A stretch of DNA of 64,000 bases from Okamejei kenojei. Its lineage: Eukaryota. The position numbers and the translations under genes are program-made. Shown here one piece after another: positions 26,000 to 38,469 of the stretch. Position 1 is the stretch's first letter. Each line of letters opens with the position of its first letter. Location of the stretch: the NCBI GenBank assembly GCA_035221665.1, contig CM069162.1, positions 15,748,001 through 15,812,000 on the forward strand, written 5' to 3'. The notes under the pieces were generated by a model, which saw only the letters and a program-made list of their open reading frames with translations, ran no database searches and had not been told where the DNA came from.

Positions 26000-26078
26000 T
26001 TCCCCATCGGCCCCTGAAACCATCGAAATGGAGGTTCGCACAACCACACGCGATGGCCTCTTGCTTTGGCAGGGTGTG
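26000..26078 (+). CDS. HSPG2: Perlecan LG3 exon
   Basis: cacag|T TCC..GTG|gtaagt; SPSAPETIEMEVRTTTRDGLLLWQGV. Confidence 0.95.
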
Positions 26079-26871
26079 GTAAGTGCTTTGACTGTGTCCT
26101 GACAAGCTAATGTAAATGTTTGAGCTTAGAAACTTTGCTACATTTTAATGGCATTGGAATGGTAATCACTTTAATGGTAAAAAACAAACTGTTGGAGGAA
26201 CTTAGCAGGTGAGGCAGCATCTGTAGAAGGAAAGTGATAGTCAATGTTTCAGATTAGGACCCTACATCAGGACTGATAGTGTAGAGTGAGATGATTAGTG
26301 TAAAGACTGAGAGAGATAAATGAGGAAGAGGCCTGTCGCTGGAACTAAGTGAGGTGAGGATGATGAGTGGATGGATAGAGATGAGGGAGTGGGGAGGAGG
26401 GAGTTTCAAGAGAGAGCTAGGAAGGGGATCGGTGAAACCAGATAAAGCTGAGGAGGACAATGGACAGATGGGGATGATGGTGAATCTAGGGAAAGCGGGG
26501 AGGGCGTGTGGGATTATAGATGGGGGTCGAGGAATGGAAGAGATGACCAAAGGGAGAGAGAACTGAGGTGGATTGATAAGGGTGGGTGTGAAAGGATATC
26601 AGATTACAAAGTGATCCCACCAACAATCACATCTCCCCCAACTTTCTGTTTTCCGCACGGACCACTCTCTCCATGTGTCCCTGCGCTGCTAAACCCACCC
26701 ACGTACCCCTACATGTCCAGGCCAGTGTCTGTACAACACAAGGAGATGCAGTATTTGTCCATACATTGGGTTGAGAGAAAAAAATAGATCAACCATGATC
26801 GAATGGTGGAGCAGGCTTGATGTGCCGAATGGCCTAATTCTGCTCGTGTGTCTTATGATCTACAGGTTTTA

Positions 26872-27163
26872 GTTGTTAGGTTTAGAGGTACAGTGTGGCA
26901 ACAGGCCTTTCAGCCCATCCACCAGTGATCATCCATACACTAGTTCTATCCTACACACGATCCTGCACACCAGGGATAATTTACCAAAGCATATTAACCT
27001 ACAAGCCTGCACGTCTTTAGAATATGGGAGGAAACTGGAGCACCCGGAGAAAACGCACTGTGTCACAGAAAGAACGTACAGACTTCATAAAGACGGAACT
27101 CATAGTCAGGATCGAACCTGGGTCTCTGGCGCTGTAAGGCAACACCTCTACCACTGCACCACT
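26872..27163 (-). mobile_element. HE1-type V-SINE
   Basis: Reverse complement of the head (ggatcgaacc) and V-domain. Confidence 0.85.
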
Positions 27164-29325
27164 ATGCTCATTGAGGATTGAGGTGTTGTCCCTTTCCAAC
27201 AGAAATTTTGATCATCTTATGGTCTTGGTGTGAGGCTTTGAAGCTCTTCCCATTTGTTCTGGCTGGGTTTGACTGAACCGTTCAACACAGCACTTCCGGG
27301 CACTGATGTGTAGACGTTACAGCTGTATAAATTGTCCAACCGCATGATCCCTTGTTCGCAAGCCTTCACTTTACCAGCATGCTGAGATTCCTTAAACACA
27401 AAGCACCGTGAGAGGTTACATGTTCATCAGTCATTTCAGAAACAATGGGCTGTATTGCCACCAGAGGGCACATGGTTCTCCTGTGATCACTGCTGAAGGA
27501 GCTCAGGAGTCTGTATACAGTGGGAGAGTTCTCTCGAGGAGAGTGGAATCACTCCATCTTAACCTAGTCAGACTCCGCCACTGCTTCTCCACTTTATACA
27601 ATGCTGGCCGAAAATTATATTAACGCTACTGAAAGGGGGAGCTGCTGCAATCTTCCCACCAGGAAAGGTCCATGACAAAAAATATTTTTAAAGGCTTTTT
27701 GCAATGCCCTTCATTCACCAGCAAATGCTGTTTGTTGCCCTCTGGAATTAATAATCCCTATCTTTCCAGCTATGAATTCAAATAATGTATTTTGCAGTGA
27801 GAGAGACTTAGTCAGAAGAAGGGTCTCGACCCGAAACATCGCCTGTCCATGTTCTCCAGAGATGCTGCCAGATCTGCTGAGTTCCTTTTGAGACTGAAGT
27901 TTTGTTTTCTGAGTCGAAAGCAAGATGCACATCATATGCAGATTTATGAAATCGAGGGCTATCAGATTCACTGTCTCAGACAGGCACATTACTGAGAAAG
28001 ACGTGCTTAGCATTTAAAAGACATGTAAACATATACATGGATAGGGCAGGTTTAGAAGGATGTGGACCAAACACGGGCAAATGGGACTAGCTTCAATGAG
28101 GTATCTTGGTCAGCACGGACGAGTTGGGCCAAAGGGCCTGTTTCGATGCTGTGTGACCCTATGATTCTAAATGCACTCACATATACACTGTAGACACCCA
28201 TGGCGATACAGCCAAATGCCCGCAACTGTAGAGATCAATACTGGTTAGACCCACACAAAGACCTGTAGACACCCATCTTGAAGCAGACAGCTTTACTGCA
28301 CATGTCGACTACTAAGATTTTCAATCAAGGCTGACCAAGGCTCGAAACTGATGACCGAGTGCAAAGGTGGAAAGTATCAAAGTACATAAAGTGGGAGTAC
28401 ACTGATCTCCGATGGAGTGGAGGGGAATATTAGATCCCATCGGTTCATTGAGGCCGCCCACACATCCATTATTCCAGTGCGGCTGAAGGCAGACACAAAA
28501 TGGTGCAATGCCGTTCAGGAATGTCGATCTTACCGCTGGCTGGGTAGCCACAGTTTAGAATAACATTCCACAGCCAAACTAACCTCAACATAACATTGAA
28601 AGATATAAGTCGTTGCTTAACATCATGGAGCTATCTCGGCCTAACCACACTGCAAGACTAGGCATTGGGGGGAAATGGTGCTTGTTCTGCACTGTATCCT
28701 TACTTATTCCATTTCCCTGTTACATCCCTGTTCCACACTTCATTTCTACATATTCCCAACTGTTGATTTTTTTTTTAAGCTTGTTCCTCGGCCCACTAAA
28801 TCTCCAATAATGTGGCTTGCAGTTGTGACATTTGTCTCACTCGTCAGTCTGAAAAGTGAGCCAGGGTGTCCGAACGCAGCCTGAGCAGGAAGTTTGTTAA
28901 TTTTGCATTCTCTTTCAAGACACTGGGTTCGCTGCAGAATGCACTGTGTTACTGTGTAACATGTAAACTAAAAATGTTTTGAGGTATTAAAAGGAGCAAC
29001 GTCGATTACTCTGGAAAATCAGGCTAGTCGCTGACACCACCAAAGTCCCGAGGGCGTCTGGTTATTGGAGTTTGACTGTGCGTGATCCTTCACCATAGCA
29101 ACAGTGTGCATGGCCTAGTGACGGTGGTGCATCCACCCTGCTGCTATCATCAGCACAAATGCAGCAAACTGCAGCTCCAGCCCATCACCTTTATTTATAC
29201 GTTTATCATTCCCAGTGGCGAAAGAAGGATGGGAGAATTAAACTGTGCCAGTCCGCGGTCAGAGGGTTCCTGGGTAATAGATCTCATCCTTATTGGCAAA
29301 AAAAAACAGCAGAAGAGGGAATTGA

Positions 29326-29617
29326 TTTTACTAGTATTATGTATTTTCAATTATATAAAATTTGGTCATACATTTCAAAATCAGCGACAATACAAATATT
29401 ATCAATCGTACGAGTATATTACTAATATTATGAATTTATTACTAGTACCATGTATTCTCAATTATATAAAATACATAATCTTAAAATTTATAATCAATAA
29501 TAATACAAATATTATTAACAGTACGAGTATATCATTAATATTATGTATTTTCACCATTGCAAAATAATGTACTTTGTTATTATATTGTTTCTATAATAAA
29601 AATAATTTTTAAAAAAA
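29326..29617 (+). mobile_element. 5'-truncated poly(A)-tailed retroposed insertion
   Basis: 15-bp TSD agaagagggaattga at 29311-29325 and 29618-29632; AATAAA at 29595 followed by an A-tract. Confidence 0.75.
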
Positions 29618-29801
29618 AGAAGAGGGAATTGAGAATTGACTGATGTATGAGGAAGGCTGCAGCGATGGAAACGTTAAGGCGTCATTGTCCTCATCGTTGA
29701 TTTTGCACTCCCTTTAAACTCGGGCCACCCAGCCAGCGGTGTTCCCAACATCACTGAGAGAGGCCGTTGGCTGATAATAATAGTTTTTCTTTTGTTTGTA
29801 G

Positions 29802-29872
29802 AAACATGGAGAAAGTGGAAAAGGAAAAGACTACGTGGCTCTCGGTCTCCAGAACGGACACGTGCTCTTCAG
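29802..29872 (+). CDS. HSPG2: Perlecan LG3 exon
   Basis: tgtag|AAA..TTC AG|gtaacc; KHGESGKGKDYVALGLQNGHVLFS. Confidence 0.95.
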
Positions 29873-29954
29873 GTAACCCCAGCCGGTGGGACATGAACAT
29901 GTTTGTAGGTGATTGCGGCCTAGGCTGTGAATAGGCTGAACAGAGATATCACCC

Positions 29955-30200
29955 CCGAATGTGAAAGTTGTGGGTTCAAGTCCTATCCACACACACGAGC
30001 AAAATCTCAGAGTCTGGCACCCAGAGAATTCCTAAGGGAGCTCTCCGTCGGTGCTGCTGTTTATGGTTAGCACATTAAGGCAAGGCCCTGTGGTCTCCCT
30101 CTGGTTGATGTGAAGGATTCCCGTGTACAACTCAAAGAACAACTCAGCTTGTCCCAGTATGCTGATCATTATTTGTCATGGTTATTATCACTTTATTCTT
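29955..30200 (+). mobile_element. Ancient Deu-domain SINE (SacSINE1-like), diverged
   Basis: gttgtgggttcaagtcc B-box; ..gtcggtgctgctg..ttaaggcaaggccc..gatgtgaaggattccc Deu-like core. Confidence 0.55.
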
Positions 30201-30261
30201 TCAGGTTATAATATTATAATGTTACATTTCTATGTCCTTTGTTTACTTTGAGATGCCTTGA

Positions 30262-30630
30262 AGTCATAAGGTCATTAGTGATAGGGACAGAATTACGCCA
30301 TTCGTTCCATCAAGTCTACTCTGCCATTCAATCATGGCTGATCTATTTCTCCCTCCTAACTCCATTCTCCTGCCTTTTCCCCAGAACACCTGACACCCAT
30401 ACTAATCCAGAATCTATCTATCTGCCTTAAAAAATATCTAATGGCTTGGCCTCTACAGCCTTCTGTGGCAAAGAATTCCACAGATTCACCATACTCTGAC
30501 TAAAGAAATTCCTCCTCATCTCCTTCCTAAAGGAACGTCCATTAATTCTGAGGCTATGACCTAGTCCTAGACTCTCCCACTGCTGAAAACATCCTCTCCA
30601 CATCCACTCTATCCAAGCCTTTCACTATTC
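30262..30630 (-). mobile_element. CR1/HER1 LINE 3' end
   Basis: Reverse complement of RTRGHSLRI..NLWNSLP and the tail. Confidence 0.85.
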
Positions 30631-31354
30631 GTTGTCACAAAAGGTGTCATGTAAACACATGTTTCTTTGGGGTTTTTTGTTCTCGGTGAGAAAACTGCGC
30701 CACATTTTCAGCAGCTGCACCCTTATAAAGTGCAAAATGTATCGGCCCTCCGTTGGTATTTTGGACCAGCACTGGTTAGAGGGCAGATCTCACCAGGTAC
30801 AAGTGCCAGAGTGCCTGTGAAGATCAGATTTCAATGTTATTTAGCTTTATCCAGGTCTCAGCCACTGCTGCCCAAATCCCACTCCCCAGTTCCCTCGATG
30901 GGACTTAAATGTCCTGCCAGGCCAGTTTTGAACAGAGCAAATTCTGAGTGGGAAGCTGACTTACACAGTTATTTAGCTCTGCCCCAGCCTCAATATACAA
31001 AAGGCTGGAGTGTTTATCAGTGTTACAATTGTTAAATTCAACCCCAGGAGCTATTGGCAGGGACCACTGGAGAAAGCCAGAGCATTGGCATACTTCTTCC
31101 TTTCTCACCTTAGATACTGAAGTCAATCATGTTGACCTCCAGTTACCCATCTGAGATCAATAAACCCATCACAGCCTTGTTAAAATAACTGGTTTGTCTG
31201 ATTTGTAGACCCAGTAACTGAAATCAGTTTTCAATGTTATTGAGCTTTATCAAGGAAACTAAGGCCCTTTTCCCTTCAAAAAGGCCAGCATCACATGATA
31301 GCATGGGTCATCAGGCTGTTTGAGGTTAACTTAAAATTATTTATTTATGTAGGT

Positions 31355-31560
31355 GTGTATGAAGGAATCACAGATGCTGGTTTATATCGATGATAGACAC
31401 AAAATGCTGGTGTATTTCACATAGTCACGCAGCATCTCTGGAGGAAAGGAAGAGGTGACGTTTCGAGTCTGAGGAGGGGTTCCAACCCGAAACAACATCT
31501 ATTCCTTTTCTCCAGAGATGCTGCCTGGCCTGCTGAGTTACTCCAGCGTTTTCTGTCTAT
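31355..31560. mobile_element. Penelope-derived palindrome
   Basis: gcagcatctctggag..aaagga paired with tccttttctccagagatgctgc. Confidence 0.8.
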
Positions 31561-31579
31561 TTATGTAGGACCTTATTGC

Positions 31580-31990
31580 AGGACATCTTTACGGACATCG
31601 CTGTGAGTGAAGTGTTGCAATGTAAGAACGTGCCATTATGTTGGAGAAATGTACGCCCCCCCACATTAAACCCCACATTCCTCTCAATCCTGGGGTGGGG
31701 AGGGTTAGCTAAATGACTGCTCTGGTGGTAATGATTTATGGATAAATGTTGCTCAGGCCAGCAGCTAGAACTTTGCATATTCCCTGCAAATGATGAATAG
31801 AATAATTTTAGGTTCAACTGTGTCTTTTGATTTAATGTGCCATCCAAAAGAGGATGACAGCACTCTCTTGGCAATGGCTGGCTTTAGTGTCCATGGTGCT
31901 TATTTCATGTGCAGAATATGCACATTTTATTCACAGAGAATCATCATGGTGTGTGACTCTGAATAGACCACAGAGGATGCTATCCAAGTC
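31580..31990 (-). mobile_element. Ancient Deu-domain SINE, diverged
   Basis: ggataaatgttg.., ..tttaatgtgccatccaaaa..gacagcac resemble the reverse Deu core. Confidence 0.45.
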
Positions 31991-32540
31991 TGGTTCTCAC
32001 ATATATTATCAGTCTGACATTTATTACACTTTTCAATTTTGCTGCTTCATGGTACTTTCATTATCCAAGTACCACTGGCTTTTCCCCTCATATGAGTATA
32101 TACCAGGGCAGAGTGTCGAGCCAGGTCATTTTGAGGGTGAAATCAAGAAGTTTATTGTTCACACAAATAGTGAAAATCTGGCATTCTCTGCCGCAAAAGG
32201 CTGTGTAGGACGGAGATAGCTGAGATCAGTGGGATATTATTGGATACGGTATCACAGAATGGTTACAGCACAGAAGGAGGCCATTTGACCCATTGAGTCC
32301 ATACTGGCTCCATCTATGTGCAATCCAACCAGTCCCATTCCCCCCTACCTTCTCCCCCTAGCCCTGCAAGTTCTTTCCATTCAGGAACTTATCCAGCTCC
32401 TTTCCACTATTCTCCCAACAGACTCTAACTGTTTTCTGCGTAAATGCTTTCATCAAGTGGGATGCTACAATGTCAAGTCATTGGAGCTGAGGTGCAAATC
32501 AGTAATCATCTTCTCTCTGTGTTTTATTGTGTCTGCACAG

Positions 32541-32624
32541 TTACCAGTTGGGAAGTGGTGAAGCTAACATTCTCTCAGATGATCCCATCAATGACGGGGA
32601 ATGGCATAAAATAATTGCTGTGCG
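32541..32624 (+). CDS. HSPG2: Perlecan LG3 exon
   Basis: cacag|T TAC..GTG CG|gtaaga; YQLGSGEANILSDDPINDGEWHKIIAVR. Confidence 0.96.
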
Positions 32625-33335
32625 GTAAGAAAATATAAATTTTAGTACGTTTAATGTGTCCAATTAACACTATTCTCTTCAGCATACCAAGGCGTACTGG
32701 GGTGCAATGGAGCATACTGAGGAAGTATAGCTTGCATTTATACCAAACCTTTCACATTCCTGAGAAACACACGTACTTCACACCCATTAAAGTATTCTGA
32801 AGCAACCTCAACGTCGTTAGGTAACACACAAGATTCATAAACAGCAAATAAAACTATTAATGAGGTTAATGCGATATGTCTATGGAAATATGAATTTGCG
32901 GTGTTAAATACGGATGTTTTTTTTTCAAACGACCATGGATAATCGTTACAAGGAGTCACCGCTGCACTGGCCATGTTGCAGTAAGATCGCCTTTGAATTT
33001 TACATTTTTTAAAAGCTTGGGTTTAATGAGTACTGCAGAAAGATTGGAGACGTTTATCACTTGATTCAACTGAGACGAAAACGATTTGTTAACTGCCACT
33101 GTTAGCACTTGGTAACAGCCAGTAGTTAACACGTAGTTATACAATGTGTCACCAATACATCGATCGGCATTCTTCAGTCAATATAATTGTGTTTTGACCA
33201 AGTATTAATGACGCAGCATTCCTTTGAATAAAATTCACGGGAGAATTTCTTAAAATTTACTGCCATTAAGGGCTCTGGACCGCAAGCCCGGGCTTCTTCC
33301 TGGTGTGCAGGTACAGTCATTCACCCACGTTATTT

Positions 33336-33447
33336 TAAGAAGGAACTGCAAATGCTCTAACAATCGAAGGTAGACAAAAATGCTGGAGAAACTCAGCGGG
33401 TGAGGCAGCATCTCAGCTGCTGAGTTTCTCCAGCATTTATGTCCACG
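33336..33447. mobile_element. Short Penelope-derived hairpin insertion
   Basis: 10-bp TSD cacgttattt at 33326-33335 and 33448-33457; atgctggagaaactcagc / gctgagtttctccagcat. Confidence 0.85.
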
Positions 33448-35470
33448 CACGTTATTTAGTAATTTGTACCCGTAATTTAGGGATGTAATATGATTTTTTT
33501 TTTACGTTTATGTGTGTTGTTTTCTCACTCTCCTTCAAGTTTAGTTCTTCTGTTTGCCTTTATTTGCTTCAGATTTACTTTGTGTTATTTATCACGTTGT
33601 GGTTGTAGCTTTTGAACGATTAAGCGTATCGGATTTTTAAAATTCATATAAATTCATAGTGTCGCCCGAGGGCCAAATCCTTTCAGCTGTACCTGCAACT
33701 GAAGCTACGGGTGGATTAGTAGACCTTGAAGAGGCATTGACACATTGTTTTTATGTAGAGGGGTAACAGAGTAGGATTCCGGACCGCGAGCTCACTGACT
33801 GAATGATACATACGTCCTGACCTAAAATCACACACTTCCGATCAATTATTTTAGTAGCCTTTCTAGAGAACATGCTACTTTTTGCTTTGCCCATCTTCAA
33901 AATATAGAATTTTGAGTTTGGCATTTGACTGGTACAAGGAGACTACAAAGCTTGGAATATCTATTTTTTTTTTTTACACACAACTTTCTACATTTCTACT
34001 TTTTGGTATGTATGTGGCATTTGTGGCTCATGGGATTTTCTCCCACACTACGAGTTATATTCGTAACAACATATTTAAACGCATGAAAATTTTGTTCTTT
34101 CCCAACCCCTGAAATAATGCCTGAAGAAGGGACCCGACCCTAAACGTTGCCTAGCCATTCCCTCCATAGATAGACACAAAATGCTGAAGTAACTCAGCGG
34201 GTCAGGCAGCATCTCTGGAGAGAAGGAATAGGTGACGTTTTGCATCGACCCTTCTTCGGACCCTCCATAGATCCAGCCTGACCTGCTGAGTTCTCCAGCA
34301 CTTTATGTTTTGCTCTTAAAATAGATCTGTGGTCTGCTGAAAAAAACAACACGATAGACCACTCTGGAAGTTCAAGTCTTGCTGTACACTTCATACTGTA
34401 GAACACATCATAATACACCATGAGTGAATTAATGGGGTTAGATTTTTTTAAATCTGTTGTCTAGAATTAATCGATACCCACCCTATGTACCTTATATCAG
34501 ATTTAAATCTGTACTTCCGATTTTTTTGTTTTCCGATTTGTCAATTATTTGTGCCCGATTATTTGGCGGCCTATCAACCGCTGTGTCTAAGGGGGTTGCA
34601 TCCAATCACCGACCAGCTTCCCTTAAAATTTCCGTCAAATCAACAAATCGGTCTCCTCCCATCCAGTCAGCTGCTGTCTCCAAGGGCATTGTGTCCAATC
34701 ACATAATGCGCTGGTCACTCAGCGGCAAATCAGACACAGTCTCCGAGGGGCGTTGCGACCAATCACCGACCAGCTTCCCTTACTGAGAGAGAGGGAGAGG
34801 GAGAGAGATATGCAAGAAAGCAGCGATGACAAATAATAAACAATAAATTGTATTACAACTACACAATAAACAAGTTATGCATTCTTGTATTCTTACATGG
34901 GTATGACTGCACATTAAAAACAATTTCAGCAAAATGGCGCCGCGTAAGAATACTGATTTCCTCAGCAAAATACTGATTTTCAGGTACTAGAATACTGTAA
35001 TCCTCTGAACTTGGCTGCTCTGCCTAAGGTTAGGATCGAACCCGGATCTCTGGTACTGTGAGGCAGCAGCTTTAACTACCTGTGTTGTTGACAAGGGTTC
35101 AACATGCCCTCCTTCGAATGTTGCAAGGAGGTCTTCAACATGTCATTTTTTCAAACTCTTCTAAACTCGCCAATTAGGTCGCCTAAGTGGGACAGCCCCT
35201 TTAGTTTTTACATTTTGCAACAATTGTTCACAGCATTAATTGGAATGACTCTGGAGGTTGTTCAGGTCCCTCCAGCTTGATATCAGTAGGAGGAAAATTG
35301 GTTATAGTCTAAGTTACTGAATTCTTTAAAAAAAGCCAATGTTAGAAATCCTAAAATTAGAAACTCTCAGTAAGCTGAGAAATATCTGCAGAGCGAGAAT
35401 CTGTGTTAATGTTTCAGGTCAAAGACGTTTTTATCAGTGCCCAGGTAATTGCTGGTCTTTACTTCCACAG

Positions 35471-35574
35471 TGAAGGCAAAAGAGGATATGCCCAACTGGA
35501 TGGAGATGAGATTGTGTACGGCGAGTCCAAAGGTGACAAGGTCATGGTCAACACTGGTGGTAGCATCTATCTGG
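35471..35574 (+). CDS. HSPG2: Perlecan LG3 exon
   Basis: cacag|T GAA..CTG G|gtaagc; EGKRGYAQLDGDEIVYGESKGDKVMVNTGGSIYL. Confidence 0.96.
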
Positions 35575-35779
35575 GTAAGCCTGGAACTTTATTTGATGGA
35601 CTTCATCAGTTCACGTAATTTAATTTTATCACAGAATCAGATCAAAAATATCCATTGACAGCTGCTTTATAGAAAACTGTTTGCCCGTTCCCATAGGTTG
35701 TTGTATTCAACAATCCTGCCTCTCTCAAACCCTGGATGTCTCAGACTGTGTACAGCCGGATGATTACTTTAGAAGAGTA

Positions 35780-36060
35780 GTCATTATGGGTTTGGAAGAA
35801 AAGGCATGAACTCATAAGCAACCATGAGATATTTGGCCAGTTGATCCACTTTAATGATTATGGAGAGATGAATGTGGCCCAGGACACGGGAAGAACCTCC
35901 TGCTCAGATGAAGCATGGATATTATATCTGCCTGCCAGTGCCACAGTTTAATATCCCATTCAAAAGACAGCACTGCTCACATTGCAAACACATGTCTATC
36001 TGGAATATCACATAAAGTTGAAAGGGTTGGATTCCAAATGCAGTCTCCTGACTCAGAGCT
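35780..36060 (-). mobile_element. Ancient Deu-domain SINE, diverged
   Basis: ggcccaggacacgggaagaacctcctgctc..gtttaatatcccattcaaaagacagcac. Confidence 0.55.
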
Positions 36061-36589
36061 GCGATGCAACATGAGAAACAGCTGCGTCTTCAAGCCCATC
36101 CTCATTGCAAAACCGAGCAGGCATAAAATGCAGGGCATTGCGATGTTTCCATTCACTGCCCATGCATTTCATGACATTTGCCTACGATACCTGTGTTACA
36201 TCAGTAGGGCTTTATTTTACTCCCAAGCATCCCGTCAGTCATATGTTTGAGTGGTTATTGGACATGATCCAAGCTTTTTGCTTTCAGTGGCAGGACACAG
36301 TACGGAGCCTTTCCCCATAGTGCCTTTGTGGTGGCTGCACTGAGTTTTAGTTCATCCCTCAGCACATGCACCTGCACATTGGAGTACACCTGTCTGCAAC
36401 ATTCAGCTGTGTTCAGCTGCTTGCATTGGAAGACCAACTGTTTTAGCCAATCCAAAGAGTATCTTTCACCGAGTTGATCGTCCAGCAGCAGCCAATGTTT
36501 GTCTCAATGTTTGTTCCTGAGAACGGGGCACAGAGTCCTTCAAATGCTCCACTATTGAGAGCAGTACCTCAGTTATCAAGGCCACAAGA

Positions 36590-36890
36590 CACGGGCACAG
36601 AATTAGGACACTCAGCCCATTGAATCTACTCCACCAACTGATCATGGCTGATCTATTTTTCCCTCTCATCTCCATCCTCCTGCCTTCTTCCCATAACCTT
36701 TGACACCCTTACTAATCAAGAATCTGTCATTCTCCGCTTTAAAAAATACCCAATGACTTGGCCTCCACAGCCATTTGTGACAATGAATTCCACAGACTCA
36801 CCACCATCTGGCTAAAGAAATTCCTCCTTCCTTCCATTCTAAAGGTACATCCTTTTATTCTCAGCCGCGCCCTCTAGTTCTAGACTCTCC
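36590..36890 (-). mobile_element. CR1/HER1 LINE 3' end
   Basis: Same tail as 30262-30630. Confidence 0.85.
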
Positions 36891-37235
36891 CATTAAGCTA
36901 TGACTAAGCAATGGAATTGCTTCCCTTAATTCTCCTTACTTCCTGCACCTGAGCCGACATTCCAAACCAAAGGTTTCATTATTTTATTCTTTTGTTTCTC
37001 TCTGTCAATTTATAATTGGTAACACCAACTTAGGAAATTTCCGCACTTTAAAAATGTTGCTCATTGTTATTGTTTAGTCAAGTAATTTGTTTCAACGATG
37101 GGAGTAGTAACTCATTCCCGCTATCTTGGCCTGGGTGATCCGTATTCTGAGCTGGTCCCTCACGCCACTGCGCTGATCGGCAAAACTTCAACAGGTGTTT
37201 CCGCCCGGATTTCATGCTTCCTTTTTTGTCTTCAG

Positions 37236-37408
37236 GTGGAGCTCCAGAGGTCAAATACTTCACAGGGGGAAAGTTCACCTCTGGGATTACTGGCTGCATC
37301 AGGAAGGTGATCCTTGTGAATAAAAGGCCCGGACAACATCGAGTGCAGCCCGTTGACCTGCGGGTTCATGCGGAGGGAGGGGTGAATGCCGAAGAGTGTC
37401 CGTCGTAG
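37236..37408 (+). CDS. HSPG2: Perlecan terminal coding exon (stop TAG 37406-37408)
   Basis: ttcag|GT GGA..; GGAPEVKYFTGGKFTSGITGCIRKVILVNKRPGQHRVQPVDLRVHAEGGVNAEECPS* resembles the human C-terminus ..GITGCVKNLVL..CPS. Confidence 0.97.
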
Positions 37409-38463
37409 ACACTCAGATTCACCGAAGGCAAAGTAGAGACTTCTGGGGAAAGGTGCTTTGCTGCTATTAAATTGGATTGTTTTGTGTTCTTTAATGCAGT
37501 CCATTTTAACCAAAAAAGAAATCATCGCAACGTCATCTAATTGTATTCTGTTGAATGAAGGTTTCGACAAGTCAGATTGATTTATTTTGTACTACAACAG
37601 CCATACAAGAACGCCAGCATTATCCTTCGAGGCTGATGATCCTATGGATTTAGGTTGCTCTAGCACTGAAGGTTGGAATGTAGGTGAACAAGAACAACTA
37701 GGAATCTTTTTGTTACTACCGTCTCTGGGTTTTAAGGCACACTGGCCCAGGTTTGTCTCAACTTGAGTAGGCACAATTCATTTGTTTAAGGAAAAGGTTC
37801 ACAAGTTGCATAAAGTTTTGTGCTAAAAGTTTTGGATGGCTGGTCAGGATAGGTTCTTTATCATTGTAGAAGATATACAAAAATCTGAATTGGTACCAGT
37901 GTTTCAAGAGTTTATAATTGTGTGAATTTCTGTCAGTTACATCGGCAGTCATTTCCTACACCCATGTATCGCTGGCTTACCAATTGTTCAGCAATGCTGA
38001 AATCCAAGTCTCTGCTTAAACTTGCCCCTGGATTATATGGTGCGTGCATTGGTATAAAATGGTACAGAGGTACACAAGGGCTTCCAAAGAAACAATGTCA
38101 GTGAAGGACCGGGATTTGGACGGGGGTGGAGGATCGGGATGGAAAAGATGACACCTTAAGGAAAAAGCCCAAGGTCACTAAATATTGTTCTGTAAGGTTA
38201 GCTTCCCAATAGCGATCCAGAATTTGCAAGCCCAAATGCCAACAGACTAAAGTGAAAAATGAAATACCTTTTATTTGTTCAGTTATGTGCTGTAAACAGG
38301 TACGATGATGGCTTTGGCACAATAGGAATGGATTGTGCCAGAGGCCTCCACTCCCAAAGGAACAAAATGTGGTCCTGTCTGCCTTATTCTTCATCCTTTT
38401 ACAAAGGCACTCTGTACAAGGTCTTGGGAATGAAGGAATCCAGTAAATAACCAAGTTTCAATC

Positions 38464-38469
38464 AATAAA
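38464..38469 (+). terminator. Candidate HSPG2 polyadenylation signal
   Basis: First AATAAA I found after the stop, about 1.06 kb downstream; alternatives at ~40919 and 43465. Confidence 0.4.

Noticed and set aside
29082-29567. 161-aa ORF
   Set aside because: Crosses from unique intron into an AT-rich insertion; compositionally biased and without a domain.
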